32,000 nucleotides of DNA from Mycolicibacterium smegmatis (GTDB taxonomy: Bacteria > Actinomycetota > Actinomycetes > Mycobacteriales > Mycobacteriaceae), in assembly GCF_001457595.1 (NCBI RefSeq), contig NZ_LN831039.1, positions 6,150,001 through 6,182,000 on the forward strand, in the 5' to 3' direction. Position 1 is the first letter of the stretch. Every line of letters begins with the position of its first letter. Below the pieces are notes generated by a model. That model was not told where the DNA came from and did no database searches. It saw nothing but the letters and a program-made list of their open reading frames with translations. This document shows, one piece after another, positions 20,801-32,000 of this stretch. The position numbers were made by a program, and so were the translations under genes.

Positions 20801-21650
20801 TCTGTCCTCCAGAAGTCCAGGCGCCCAGCACCTTCAATGCGTCGACCGAGGCCTGTACGTCGTGCACCCGCACGCCCCAGGCACCGTGCATCGCGGCCAG
20901 CACCGAGATCACCGCGGTCGCGGTCTCACGGCCGTCCGGTGGTCGCGGTGTGCCGTCCGCGGCGGCCAGCAGCGTACCGAGGAAACGTTTGCGCGACGCG
21001 CCAACCAGCACCGGGATGCCCGTGGCCACCAGGTCCGGCAGCGCGTGCAGCAGCGCCCAGTTGTGCTCGGCGGTCTTGGCGAAACCCAGGCCGGGATCGA
21101 TGACGAGCCGCTCCGGTTCGACGCCCGCGGTCACCGCGGCGTCGACCGCCGCGAGCAGTTCGGTGCGCACCTCGGCGACCACGTCGCGGTATCCCGGAAC
21201 GCGGTGCGGGTGGTCGGCGTCGACCGAACGCCAGTGCATGAGGATCCACGGCACCTTCGCCTCGGCGAGCACGCCGGCCATGCCGGGATCGGCCCGCCCG
21301 CCCGACACGTCGTTGACGATGTGCGCGCCCGCTTCGAGCGCCGCGCGCGCGACGTCGGCGTGCATGGTGTCGATGCTGATCGTGATGCCTTGGGCCGCAA
21401 GCTCTCTGATCACCGGCGTGACGCGGGCGGCCTCGACCCCGGGATCGATGCGGGTCGCGCCGGGCCGCGTGGACTCACCGCCGACGTCGATGATCTGTGC
21501 GCCCGCGGCCACCAGGGCCAGCCCGTGCTCGACGGCGCGGTCGGTGTCGATGAATTTCCCACCGTCGGAGAACGAGTCTTGCGTGACGTTCACGACGCCC
21601 ATCACCTGCACGGGTGTGCGGGGCTGGGCCGTCAGGCTCGGTGGGTTCAC
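20793..21650 (-). CDS. folP: Dihydropteroate synthase
   Basis: [44 protein letters not shown]; GTG start 21650. Confidence 0.96.
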   Translation of the reverse strand: MNPPSLTAQPRTPVQVMGVVNVTQDSFSDGGKFIDTDRAVEHGLALVAAGAQIIDVGGESTRPGATRIDPGVEAARVTPVIRELAAQGITISIDTMHADVARAALEAGAHIVNDVSGGRADPGMAGVLAEAKVPWILMHWRSVDADHPHRVPGYRDVVAEVRTELLAAVDAAVTAGVEPERLVIDPGLGFAKTAEHNWALLHALPDLVATGIPVLVGASRKRFLGTLLAAADGTPRPPDGRETATAVISVLAAMHGAWGVRVHDVQASVDALKVLGAWTSGGQIG

Positions 21651-22258
21651 TTGCGCAGGATAAGTTCCAGCGCCTCGGCTCGAGATGCCTTGTCGGTCTT
21701 GAACTGCCCCCGCACGGCCGATGTGGTGGTCACCGCGCCCGGTTTGCGCACCCCGCGCATGGCCATGCACAGGTGCTCGGCCTCGACCACCACGATGACG
21801 CCGCGCGGGTCCAGCTTGCGCATGAGCGCGTCGGCGATCTGGGCGGTGAGCCGCTCCTGAACCTGCGGCCGCTTGGAGTACAGGTCGACCAGACGCGCGA
21901 TCTTCGACAGTCCCGTCACGCGTCCGTCGACACCGGGGATGTAGCCGACGTGCGCCACGCCGTGGAACGACACCAGATGGTGCTCGCACGTCGAGTACAT
22001 CGGGATCTGCTTGACCAGCACGAGTTCGTCGTGACCCTCGTCGAAGGTCGTGTTGAGCACGGAATCCGGGTCGGTGTGCAGCCCCGCCATCAGTTCCTTG
22101 TAGGCGCGGGCCACACGGGCCGGAGTGTCGACGAGTCCCTCGCGTTCGGGGTCCTCGCCGATCGCGATGAGCAGTTCGCGAACCGCGGCCTCGGCGCGCG
22201 GTTGGTCGAACACCCTGCGGACATTGTTGTTCTGGTGTCCGCGCAGGGACTGCGTCAT
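21647..22258 (-). CDS. folE: GTP cyclohydrolase I
   Basis: [53 protein letters not shown]. Confidence 0.96.
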   Translation of the reverse strand: MTQSLRGHQNNNVRRVFDQPRAEAAVRELLIAIGEDPEREGLVDTPARVARAYKELMAGLHTDPDSVLNTTFDEGHDELVLVKQIPMYSTCEHHLVSFHGVAHVGYIPGVDGRVTGLSKIARLVDLYSKRPQVQERLTAQIADALMRKLDPRGVIVVVEAEHLCMAMRGVRKPGAVTTTSAVRGQFKTDKASRAEALELILRK

Positions 22259-22277
22259 CGAAGTCTCCGTTCTCGGA

Positions 22278-24590
<2,313 letters not shown>

Positions 24591-24774
24591 CGATCATCGG
24601 CCTTCGTTGGCTTCATCTTTTTCGGCCGCCCCCGGCCGGGGTCCTTCCTGATACGCGCAGCTAGCAAGTTACAAGGCTACCGCTAGACCAACGTCCGGCA
24701 GTTCCCGACGGTCACCGGCCGGCCGTCCGCCCGGGCCGGCCGAAACTCTGGCCACGTCGTGACCGGGTGTGCCT

Positions 24775-25758
24775 ATGGTTGAGACCGTGATCACACCGAC
24801 CGAGCGGTCAGTCGAAACCAATGGCGTGACGTTGCGAGTGACGGAGGCGGGTGAGCGCGGCAATCCGGTGGTCGTGCTCGCGCACGGATTCCCCGAGCTC
24901 GCGTACTCGTGGCGTCACCAGATTCCGGCCCTGGCTGCCGCCGGCTACCACGTACTGGCCCCTGACCAGCGCGGTTACGGCGGCTCGTCGCGGCCCGAGA
25001 GCATCGACGACTACGACATCACCAAGCTCACCGGCGACGTGGTCGGGCTGCTCGACGACATCGGCGCCGAGCACGCGGCCGTGATCGGGCACGACTGGGG
25101 CGCGGTGGTGGCGTGGAACGCCGCGCAGCTGCATCCGGATCGCGTGGCCGCGGTGGGCGGGCTCAGCGTCCCGCCGACGCCGAGATCCACCCGCCCGCCG
25201 ACACAGGCCTTCCGCGAACTGGTCGGCGAGGGCAACTTCTTCTACATCCTGCACTTCCAGGAACCCGGGGTGGCCGACGCCGAGTTCGACGGTGACCCGG
25301 CCCGCGCGCTGCGCCGAATGTTCGGCGGTCTGCTGCCACCCGAGAACGAGGAGGCCGCGATGCGGATGCTGCGTCCCGGTCCCGAGGGCCTGATCGACCG
25401 GCTGCCCGAACCGTCGGCGCTGCCCGACTGGATCAGCACCGGCGAGTTCGACCACTACGTCGACGCGTTCACCCGCACGGGGTTCACCGGCGGGCTCAAC
25501 TGGTACCGCAATTTCGACCGCAACTGGGAACTCACCGCGCATCTGGCCGACGCCAAGATCACCGTGCCTGCCCTGTTCCTGGCCGGGGCGGCCGACCCTG
25601 TGCTGGGGTTCGCACGGCCCGACCGGGCGCGCGAACTGATCACCGGGCCCTACACCGAGGTGATGCTCGACGGGGCCGGGCACTGGGTGCAGCAGGAGCG
25701 GGCCGAGGAGGTCAACGCCGCGTTGATCCGGTTCTTGCACGGGCTGGAGTTGCAGTGA
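24775..25758 (+). CDS. ephA: Epoxide hydrolase (EphA-like alpha/beta hydrolase)
   Basis: VVVLAHGFPELAYSWRHQIPALA, VIGHDWGAVVAW nucleophile Asp, GAGHWVQQE catalytic His; start ATG 24775 or nearby GTG. Confidence 0.88.
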   Translation: MVETVITPTERSVETNGVTLRVTEAGERGNPVVVLAHGFPELAYSWRHQIPALAAAGYHVLAPDQRGYGGSSRPESIDDYDITKLTGDVVGLLDDIGAEHAAVIGHDWGAVVAWNAAQLHPDRVAAVGGLSVPPTPRSTRPPTQAFRELVGEGNFFYILHFQEPGVADAEFDGDPARALRRMFGGLLPPENEEAAMRMLRPGPEGLIDRLPEPSALPDWISTGEFDHYVDAFTRTGFTGGLNWYRNFDRNWELTAHLADAKITVPALFLAGAADPVLGFARPDRARELITGPYTEVMLDGAGHWVQQERAEEVNAALIRFLHGLELQ

Positions 25759-26957
25759 TGAGGCCACTGAACTTCGGGGTGTTCATCACGCCGTTTCACC
25801 CCGCGGGCCAATCCCCCACCACCGCACTGCAATACGACATGGACCGTGTGGAGGCGCTGGACCGGCTGGGCTACGACGAGGCGTGGTTCGGTGAACACCA
25901 TTCGGGCGGTTACGAACTCATCGCGTGCCCGGAGGTGTTCATCGCCGCGGCAGCCGAACGCACACGCCACATCCGGTTGGGCACGGGCGTGGTGTCGCTG
26001 CCGTATCACCACCCGTTGATGGTCGCCGACCGCTGGGTGCTGCTCGACCATCTGACGCGCGGGCGGGTGATGTTCGGCACCGGCCCGGGCGCCCTGCCGT
26101 CGGACGCGTACATGATGGGCATCGACCCGGTCGACCAACGTCCGATGATGCAGGAGTCGCTCGAGGCGATCCTGGCACTGTTCCGCGCCGAACCCGGCGA
26201 GCGCATCGACCGCAAGACCGACTGGTTCACGCTGCGCGACGCCGCACTGCACATCCGCCCCTACACCTGGCCGTATCCCGAGATATCCACGGCGGCAATG
26301 ATTTCTCCGTCCGGCCCACGACTGGCGGGCAAGCTGGGCACATCGCTGCTCTCGCTGTCGATGTCGGTGCCAGGCGGGTACGCCGCGGTCGAGACCACCT
26401 GGAACGTCGTGCGCGACGAAGCGGCCGCGGCAGGCCGGCCCGAACCCGACCGCGAGAACTGGCGGGTGCTGGGCATCGTGCACCTCGCCGACACCCGCGA
26501 ACAGGCCATCGAGGACTGCACGTACGGCCTGCAGGACTTCGCCAACTACTTCGGCGCCGCGGGCTTCGTCCCGCTGTCGAATCAGGCCGAGGGCGGCGGC
26601 ACACCGTACGAGTTCGTGGAAAACTATGCGTCCAAGGGCAACTGCTGCATCGGCACGCCCGACGACGCGATCGTCTACATCCAGGATCTGCTGGACCGCT
26701 CGGGCGGGTTCGGGACGTTTCTGCTCCTCGGCCACGACTGGGCGCCGCCCGCCGCGACGTTCCACTCCTACGAGTTGTTCGCGCGTGAGGTGATCCCGCA
26801 CTTCAAGGGCCAGCTGACCGCGGCGCGCGCATCGCACGACTGGGCCAGGGGCATGCGCGATCAACTGCTGGGCCGCGCCGGGCAGGCCATCGTCAACGCG
26901 ATCACCGAACACACGCAGGCACATCCCCGGACAGGGGCCGAGAAGGACAAGAACTAA
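25758..26957 (+). CDS. LLM-class flavin-dependent monooxygenase, limonene 1,2-monooxygenase-like (Rv3618-like)
   Basis: MRPLNFGVFITPFHPAGQSPTTALQYDMDRVEALDRLGYDEAWFGEHH luciferase-like fold, LRLGTGVVSLPYHHPLMVADRWVLLDHLTRGR-type motifs. Confidence 0.87.
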   Translation: MRPLNFGVFITPFHPAGQSPTTALQYDMDRVEALDRLGYDEAWFGEHHSGGYELIACPEVFIAAAAERTRHIRLGTGVVSLPYHHPLMVADRWVLLDHLTRGRVMFGTGPGALPSDAYMMGIDPVDQRPMMQESLEAILALFRAEPGERIDRKTDWFTLRDAALHIRPYTWPYPEISTAAMISPSGPRLAGKLGTSLLSLSMSVPGGYAAVETTWNVVRDEAAAAGRPEPDRENWRVLGIVHLADTREQAIEDCTYGLQDFANYFGAAGFVPLSNQAEGGGTPYEFVENYASKGNCCIGTPDDAIVYIQDLLDRSGGFGTFLLLGHDWAPPAATFHSYELFAREVIPHFKGQLTAARASHDWARGMRDQLLGRAGQAIVNAITEHTQAHPRTGAEKDKN

Positions 26958-27973
26958 TGCGCGCCGCGGTCTTACGGCAGGGTCGCATGGTGGTGCGCGA
27001 CGACGTCGCAGAACCGGTACCCGGCCCGGGTCAGGTGCTCGTCGAGGTCAAGGCGTGCGGAATCTGCGGGTCCGATTTGCATTTCGCCCAACACGGTGAG
27101 GATTTGCTCGCGTCGACCGCGCAGCTCGAGGGCGTCGCGAACCAGAACGACGACGTCGATCTGTCCCGGGACATCTTCATGGGCCACGAGTTCAGCGCCG
27201 AGATCCTCGAAGCCGGGCCCAGCACTGACACATACGCGCCCGGGACGCTGGTGACGTCGGTACCCGTGCTGATCTCACCGCAGGGCATGGACATGATCGT
27301 CTACAGCAACACCACGCTGGGCGGTTACGCCGAACGCATGCTGCTGTCGGCGCCGTTGCTGCTGCCGGTGCCCAACGGACTCGATGCCGGACCCGCCGCA
27401 CTCACCGAGCCGATGGCCGTGGGCCTGCACGCGGTCAACACCTCGCGCATCGAACGAAACGAGACCGCGCTGGTGATCGGATGCGGCCCGGTCGGCATCG
27501 CGGTGATCGCCGCGCTGAAGCTGCTGGGTGTGGAAGACATTGTGGCGTCGGACTTCTCACCGACCCGTCGGCGACTTGCCGCGGCGATGGGCGCACATGT
27601 CACGCTCGATCCCGCACAGGATTCGCCGTTTCACCAGTGCAGGCCCGCGGTGGTGTTCGAAGCCGTCGGCGCACCCGGCATCATCGACGACATCCTGCGG
27701 CGCTGTCCGGCGGGCACGCGCGTGGTGGTGGCCGGGGTCTGCATGCAACCCGATACCGTGCATCCGCTGTACGCGGCCGTCAAGCAGATCAGCGTCTCGT
27801 TCGTGTTCGGCTACGACCCGGCCGAATTCGCGTCCTCGCTGCGGGCGATCGCCGAAGGTGACATCGACGTGCGGCCGATGATCACCGGATCGGTGCCGCT
27901 GGACGGAATGGCCGACGCATTCGACGAACTCGCCACACCGGACGCGCACTGCAAGATCCTCGTGACACCGTGA
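26957..27973 (+). CDS. Zinc-binding dehydrogenase (MDR family), diol/alcohol dehydrogenase-like
   Basis: GQVLVEVKACGICGSDLHFAQHG, GHEFSAEILEAG, ALVIGCGPVGIAVIAALKLLG; start overlaps previous stop by 1 nt. Confidence 0.88.
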   Translation: MRAAVLRQGRMVVRDDVAEPVPGPGQVLVEVKACGICGSDLHFAQHGEDLLASTAQLEGVANQNDDVDLSRDIFMGHEFSAEILEAGPSTDTYAPGTLVTSVPVLISPQGMDMIVYSNTTLGGYAERMLLSAPLLLPVPNGLDAGPAALTEPMAVGLHAVNTSRIERNETALVIGCGPVGIAVIAALKLLGVEDIVASDFSPTRRRLAAAMGAHVTLDPAQDSPFHQCRPAVVFEAVGAPGIIDDILRRCPAGTRVVVAGVCMQPDTVHPLYAAVKQISVSFVFGYDPAEFASSLRAIAEGDIDVRPMITGSVPLDGMADAFDELATPDAHCKILVTP

Positions 27974-27994
27974 CGGGCCGGTAGGGTTCGTGCC

Positions 27995-28726
27995 ATGCCG
28001 ATCGCTGTGAATGCGAAGAAGCGGGTCCGGGCACTGCTGGTCGGCGTGGCCGGCCTGGCGGTGCTGGCGGTGGGGGGTTGCGACGCGAGTTCGGGCCCCG
28101 TCGCCGGATCCGGTGATCCCCGACAGGTGACCGTGGTCGGGGAGGGCCAGGTCCAGGGTGTCCCCGACACGCTCACCACCAACGTGGCCATGGAGTTCAT
28201 CGCCGCCGACGTCTCATCGGCGCTCAACCAGTCGAGTCAGCGCCAGCAGGCCGTGATCGACGCGCTCGTCGCCGCGGGCATCGACCGCAAGGACATCAGC
28301 ACCACACAGGTCAGCGTGCAGCCGCAGTTCGGCACCGACGGCGCGTCCAACACCATCACCGGTTACCGCGCGAGCAACACGATCGACGTCAAGATCCGCG
28401 ACCTCGACACCGCGTCACAGACGTTGACACTCATCGCCGAGACCGGCGGCGACGCCACCCGCATCAACTCGGTGGCGTTCTCGATCGAGGACGATTCGGA
28501 CCTGGTGCGCGATGCCCGCGCGGAGGCGTTCAACGACGCGAAGAACCGCGCGCAGCAGTACGCCGACCTGTCCGGGCTGAGCCTCGGCGAGGTCATCTCG
28601 ATCTCGGAGGAGTCAGGCTCGACCCCGCCGCGGCCGATGCCGCGCGCGGCGATGGAGGCCGTCCCGCTGGAACCCGGTCAACAGGCCGTGAACTTCTCGG
28701 TGACCGTGATCTGGGAACTCACCTGA
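27995..28726 (+). CDS. SIMPL-domain (DUF541) lipoprotein
   Basis: Lipobox LAVGGC; VTVVGEGQVQGVPDTLTTNVAMEF, ISTTQVSVQPQF, ITGYRASNTIDVKIRDLD. Confidence 0.88.
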   Translation: MPIAVNAKKRVRALLVGVAGLAVLAVGGCDASSGPVAGSGDPRQVTVVGEGQVQGVPDTLTTNVAMEFIAADVSSALNQSSQRQQAVIDALVAAGIDRKDISTTQVSVQPQFGTDGASNTITGYRASNTIDVKIRDLDTASQTLTLIAETGGDATRINSVAFSIEDDSDLVRDARAEAFNDAKNRAQQYADLSGLSLGEVISISEESGSTPPRPMPRAAMEAVPLEPGQQAVNFSVTVIWELT

Positions 28727-28730
28727 GCGT

Positions 28731-29312
28731 CTAGTGCGTGTAGACCTTCGGGTCGAGCAGGCCGATGAACGGCAGGTCGCGGTAGCGCTCGGCGTAGTCG
28801 AGGCCGTAGCCGACGACGAACTCGTTGGGGATGTCGAACCCGACGTACTCGACGTCGATGTCGGTGCGCACCGCCTCCGGCTTGCGCAGCAGCGTGCACA
28901 CCTTGAGCGAGCGCGGGTGCCGCGTGGCGAGGTTGCGCAGCAACCACGACAGCGTCAGGCCGGAGTCGATGATGTCCTCGACGATCAGCACGTCGCGGTC
29001 GTTGATGTCGCGGTCGAGGTCCTTGAGGATGCGGACCACACCCGACGACGACGTCGACGATCCGTAGCTGCTGACCGCCATGAACTCGAGCTGGGTGGGC
29101 AGCGGGATCGAACGTGCCAGATCGGTGACGAACATGACCGCGCCCTTGAGCACCGTGACCAGCAGGAGGTCGTCGTCCCCGAGGTTGTCCCGGTACTGGT
29201 CGGCGATCGCCGCCGCGAGCTCGGCGGTACGTGTCCGGATCTGCTCCTCGGACAGCAGTACCGACTTGATGTCTCCCGGATACATCTCGGTGGATTCGAC
29301 AGCCACGTCCAC
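28731..29312 (-). CDS. hpt: Hypoxanthine-guanine phosphoribosyltransferase
   Basis: [52 protein letters not shown] motif; GTG start about 29312. Confidence 0.95.
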   Translation of the reverse strand: MDVAVESTEMYPGDIKSVLLSEEQIRTRTAELAAAIADQYRDNLGDDDLLLVTVLKGAVMFVTDLARSIPLPTQLEFMAVSSYGSSTSSSGVVRILKDLDRDINDRDVLIVEDIIDSGLTLSWLLRNLATRHPRSLKVCTLLRKPEAVRTDIDVEYVGFDIPNEFVVGYGLDYAERYRDLPFIGLLDPKVYTH

Positions 29313-29362
29313 AGCGTGCCACGTGAGGTCGCCGCAAACCAAGACGGCTGCCCGATACGCGC

Positions 29363-30331
29363 TCACACCGGTTCGGTGTAGAGCACCAACTCGCCGTGGC
29401 GCCGGCCCACGAACAACCGCTGACGGGACAGGTTCGAGCCGACCGCCACACCGCCCTGCCCGCGCCAGTCGGTGACCAACCGGTCCACCCCGCGGATCTG
29501 TACGTCGGTCAAATCGGTGCCGCCGTTGGTCAGAAGCCAGGCCCGGATCACGCGGCGCCGCACGGCACCGGGAAGCCCGGCCAGCACCTCGGTGTCGAGC
29601 CCCGGCGGGGTACGAGCCGAAGTCTGGGAAGTCTCAAGGGCCTGCCTCGCGATCTCGTCGAGTGTCTCGGTGTCCTCGCGCAGCGCGGTCGCGGTGCGCG
29701 CCAGCGCCTCGGCCACTCCCCCGCCGAGGACCTCTTCGAGCAGCGGCATCACATCGAGGCGCAGCCGGGTCCTGGTGAACCGCGGTTCGAAGTTGTGCGG
29801 GTCGTGCCAGGGTTTGAGCCCGAGTTCCTCGCAGGCCGCGTGGGTCACGGTGCGCCGGATGCCCAGAAGCGGCCGGTGCCACGGCGGATCGTGCGGACGC
29901 ATGCCTGCGATGGACCGCGGCCCTGACCCGCGCGCGAGCCCCAGCAGCACGGTCTCGGCCTGATCGTCGAGTGTGTGGCCCAGTAGCACGGGCGCCCCGT
30001 CGCGCGCGGCCTGCAGCGCGGTGTAGCGCGCCGTGCGCGCGGCGGCCTCAGGCCCGCCGGAGCGGCCCACCACCACCGGGATGATCTCGGCGCCAACACA
30101 TCCCACCGACAGCGCCTGCGCCCGAGCGGTCTCGGCCACCGCACGCGCCCCGGTCTGCAGGCCGTGGTCGACGATGAGCGCCGTGGTGGGACGCTCGGCC
30201 GCCGCGACCGCGGTGAGCGCAAGCGAGTCCGGCCCGCCGGACAACGCCACACACCAACGCTCGCCGTCGACCTGCGCTGCGAAATCGGCCACCGCCCGAC
30301 GCAGCGTCGCTACAGCACGCGATCGATCCAT
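29363..30331 (-). CDS. tilS: tRNA(Ile)-lysidine synthetase
   Basis: PP-loop [12 protein letters not shown]; [20 protein letters not shown]; likely start [10 protein letters not shown] at 30331. Confidence 0.93.
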   Translation of the reverse strand: MDRSRAVATLRRAVADFAAQVDGERWCVALSGGPDSLALTAVAAAERPTTALIVDHGLQTGARAVAETARAQALSVGCVGAEIIPVVVGRSGGPEAAARTARYTALQAARDGAPVLLGHTLDDQAETVLLGLARGSGPRSIAGMRPHDPPWHRPLLGIRRTVTHAACEELGLKPWHDPHNFEPRFTRTRLRLDVMPLLEEVLGGGVAEALARTATALREDTETLDEIARQALETSQTSARTPPGLDTEVLAGLPGAVRRRVIRAWLLTNGGTDLTDVQIRGVDRLVTDWRGQGGVAVGSNLSRQRLFVGRRHGELVLYTEPV

Positions 30332-31383
30332 CGCTGCGGTTCGTCGATCTCGGTTGGCAGCGGCAACGTCTCGGCGTTCGTCCACACGGTGTTGAACCGT
30401 TGCATCCCCACCGCGGACACCACGTGGTCGACGAACGCCTTGCCGCGGGTGTACTGACTGAGCTTGGCGTCGAACCCCAGAAGTGCACGCACGACGCGCT
30501 GCACCGGGGGCTGCTTGCGTTGCCTGCGTTCGTCGAAGCGCCGCCGGATGGTGCCCACGGTGGGCACCACGGCGGGGCCGACGGCGTCCATGACGTGATC
30601 GGCGTGGCCTTCCAGCAGCGTGCCCAGCACGAGCAGCTGGTCGAGCGCGCGGCGCTGTGGTTCGGCTTGCACCGCACGCATCAGCCCCAGGATCCCGGTC
30701 GAATTCGGTTCGGGCGCAGACCCGTTGGTGCCGCGCTGGTCACGCACATACTGCGCGAGGCGGCCGGCCAGTGCGGCGACATCGTCGCCCGCGTCCTGCG
30801 TGAGCACCGCGAGCGCCTGCGACATGTGGTCGGCCAGCCAGGGGTTGGCACGGAACTGCACGCGGTGGGTGACCTCGTGCAGGCACACCCAGAGGCGGAA
30901 ATCGGCTGGGGCGACGCGCAGTTGGCGTTCCACCGAGATGACGTTGGGGTACACCAGCAGCAGTTCACCGCCGTCGGGGCCGAACGGGTCGTACTGGCCC
31001 AGGATGCCCGACGAGATGAACGCCAGCAAAGCGCCGGTCTGCGCGCCGGTGACGCGCCCGGTGATGAACCCGGGCTTGTCCCCGTTCGCGTCACTGTCCC
31101 CGGTGTCGCCGCCCGTGGTCATCACGCGCATCGACCGGGTGGCCGCGCGGATCCAGGCGGGACGGTCGACGACACGGGCCTCGGGCACCTCGGCGCCCTC
31201 GTTGAGACCCGTGACCTCGCGGACGGGCAGCTCGGCGGCGCGTGCGCTCTCGGAGAGCTGATCGATGGCCTGGCGGCGCGTGTAGTCGGTCGAAGGCGGT
31301 TCGGGCCGCGCGAGCTTGGCGCCGACGGATGCGGCGAAATCCCAGTCGACCGCGCGGCCCGCGGTCATGGTGGGCCGGCTCAT
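30310..31383 (-). CDS. Zinc-dependent metalloprotease / F420-biosynthesis-associated family (Rv3626c-like, DUF2342)
   Basis: CLHEVTHRVQF HExxH motif, EGHADHVMDAVGP; 357 aa; overlaps tilS start by 22 nt. Confidence 0.88.
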   Translation of the reverse strand: MSRPTMTAGRAVDWDFAASVGAKLARPEPPSTDYTRRQAIDQLSESARAAELPVREVTGLNEGAEVPEARVVDRPAWIRAATRSMRVMTTGGDTGDSDANGDKPGFITGRVTGAQTGALLAFISSGILGQYDPFGPDGGELLLVYPNVISVERQLRVAPADFRLWVCLHEVTHRVQFRANPWLADHMSQALAVLTQDAGDDVAALAGRLAQYVRDQRGTNGSAPEPNSTGILGLMRAVQAEPQRRALDQLLVLGTLLEGHADHVMDAVGPAVVPTVGTIRRRFDERRQRKQPPVQRVVRALLGFDAKLSQYTRGKAFVDHVVSAVGMQRFNTVWTNAETLPLPTEIDEPQRWIDRVL

Positions 31384-32000
31384 GCGCCGCATCCGCAGCT
31401 GCGCAGCACCGCGGCGAGCCCGTCGATCGCGGTGCGTCCGGTGGGCCCGGCTTTGTTGGAGATCAGCGCGAACGTGAGCACCCGGCCGCTGTGGTCGGTG
31501 ACGATGCCTGCCAGCGCGTTGGTTCCGGTCAGCGACCCGGTCTTGGCGCGCAGCCACCCCGCTGCGGCACGGCCGGCGTCGGTGTCGAGGTAGCGGTTGG
31601 ACAGGGTGCCGCTGCCACCGGCGATGGGCAGCAGGTCCACCAGCGGCCGCAGAGCGGGCTGGGTGTGTCCGGCAGCGGCGTTGACCACCTCATCGAGGGT
31701 AAGCGCGGTCAGCCGGTTGTCGACCGACAGGCCGCTGGAGTCGACGAGCTTGGCACCCGAGGTGTCGATGCCCACGGATCGCAGCTGGGTCAGCACCGCC
31801 CCGACGGCACCCTCGAAGCTCTGTGGCCGGCCAAGCGCCTCGGCGACCTCACGGGCGATCGACTCGGCCATCACGTTGTCCGACTCGTTCATCATCTGCC
31901 GCAGCCGCTCGATGAGCGGCGCCGACTGCACCTCGGCGATTGTGGTGCCGCCACGCATGCCGGACGGCATCAGCGTCACCGACTCCGGTTCGACGCCCAG
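31380..32000 (-). CDS. D-alanyl-D-alanine carboxypeptidase/endopeptidase, PBP4/DacB family, C-terminal part (continues beyond window)
   Basis: SDN motif (MNESDNVMAESIAREVA) and KTGSLTG; 4-nt overlap with the downstream metalloprotease gene. Confidence 0.9.
   Translation of the reverse strand: MGVEPESVTLMPSGMRGGTTIAEVQSAPLIERLRQMMNESDNVMAESIAREVAEALGRPQSFEGAVGAVLTQLRSVGIDTSGAKLVDSSGLSVDNRLTALTLDEVVNAAAGHTQPALRPLVDLLPIAGGSGTLSNRYLDTDAGRAAAGWLRAKTGSLTGTNALAGIVTDHSGRVLTFALISNKAGPTGRTAIDGLAAVLRSCGCGA

Noticed and set aside
20793-21989. Long 398-aa frame for folP including upstream residues
   Set aside because: Residues before VNPPSLTAQ overlap the folE coding region in another frame; the GTG at 21650 gives a normal DHPS length.
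25650-26924. 424-aa minus-strand ORF opposite the LLM monooxygenase
   Set aside because: Antisense composition artefact; the plus strand shows an intact LLM-class protein with overlapping stop/start junctions.

Overview
This window looks like core chromosome from a mycobacterium (M. smegmatis-like). Gene content and order closely parallel the M. tuberculosis Rv3586-Rv3627c region. Order: disA(3' end), Pro-rich membrane protein, canB, mutY, GlxA/AraC-type regulator, small membrane ORF, alpha/beta hydrolase, mhuD, lpqF-like beta-lactamase-fold lipoprotein, [histidine-phosphatase-like - cbtA - cbtB - cobalamin riboswitch], clpC1, lsr2, lysS, PLP-dependent D-amino-acid enzyme, coaX, (panD remnant), panC, DUF2520, repeat-bearing membrane protein, DUF3180, folK, folB, folP, folE, ftsH, epoxide hydrolase, limonene-monooxygenase-like LLM flavoprotein, zinc-binding dehydrogenase, SIMPL lipoprotein, hpt, tilS, DUF2342-type metalloprotease, and a dacB/PBP4-like 3' part. 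I saw no mobile elements, tRNAs or CRISPR arrays and no clear new defence or biosynthetic system. The most interesting points are: (1) panD appears to be missing between panC and coaX, with a 23-codon ORF in its place whose first residues resemble PanD; (2) a cobalamin riboswitch sits ahead of a cbtB-cbtA-histidine-phosphatase-like operon whose phosphatase has a degenerate RHG motif; (3) an epoxide hydrolase/monooxygenase/dehydrogenase cassette has overlapping start and stop codons; (4) overlapping inverted repeats lie in the lsr2 upstream region; (5) an in-frame 27-bp tandem repeat encodes FDRRPADGG; (6) candidate ClgR-like and ECF-sigma-like sites lie upstream of clpC1.
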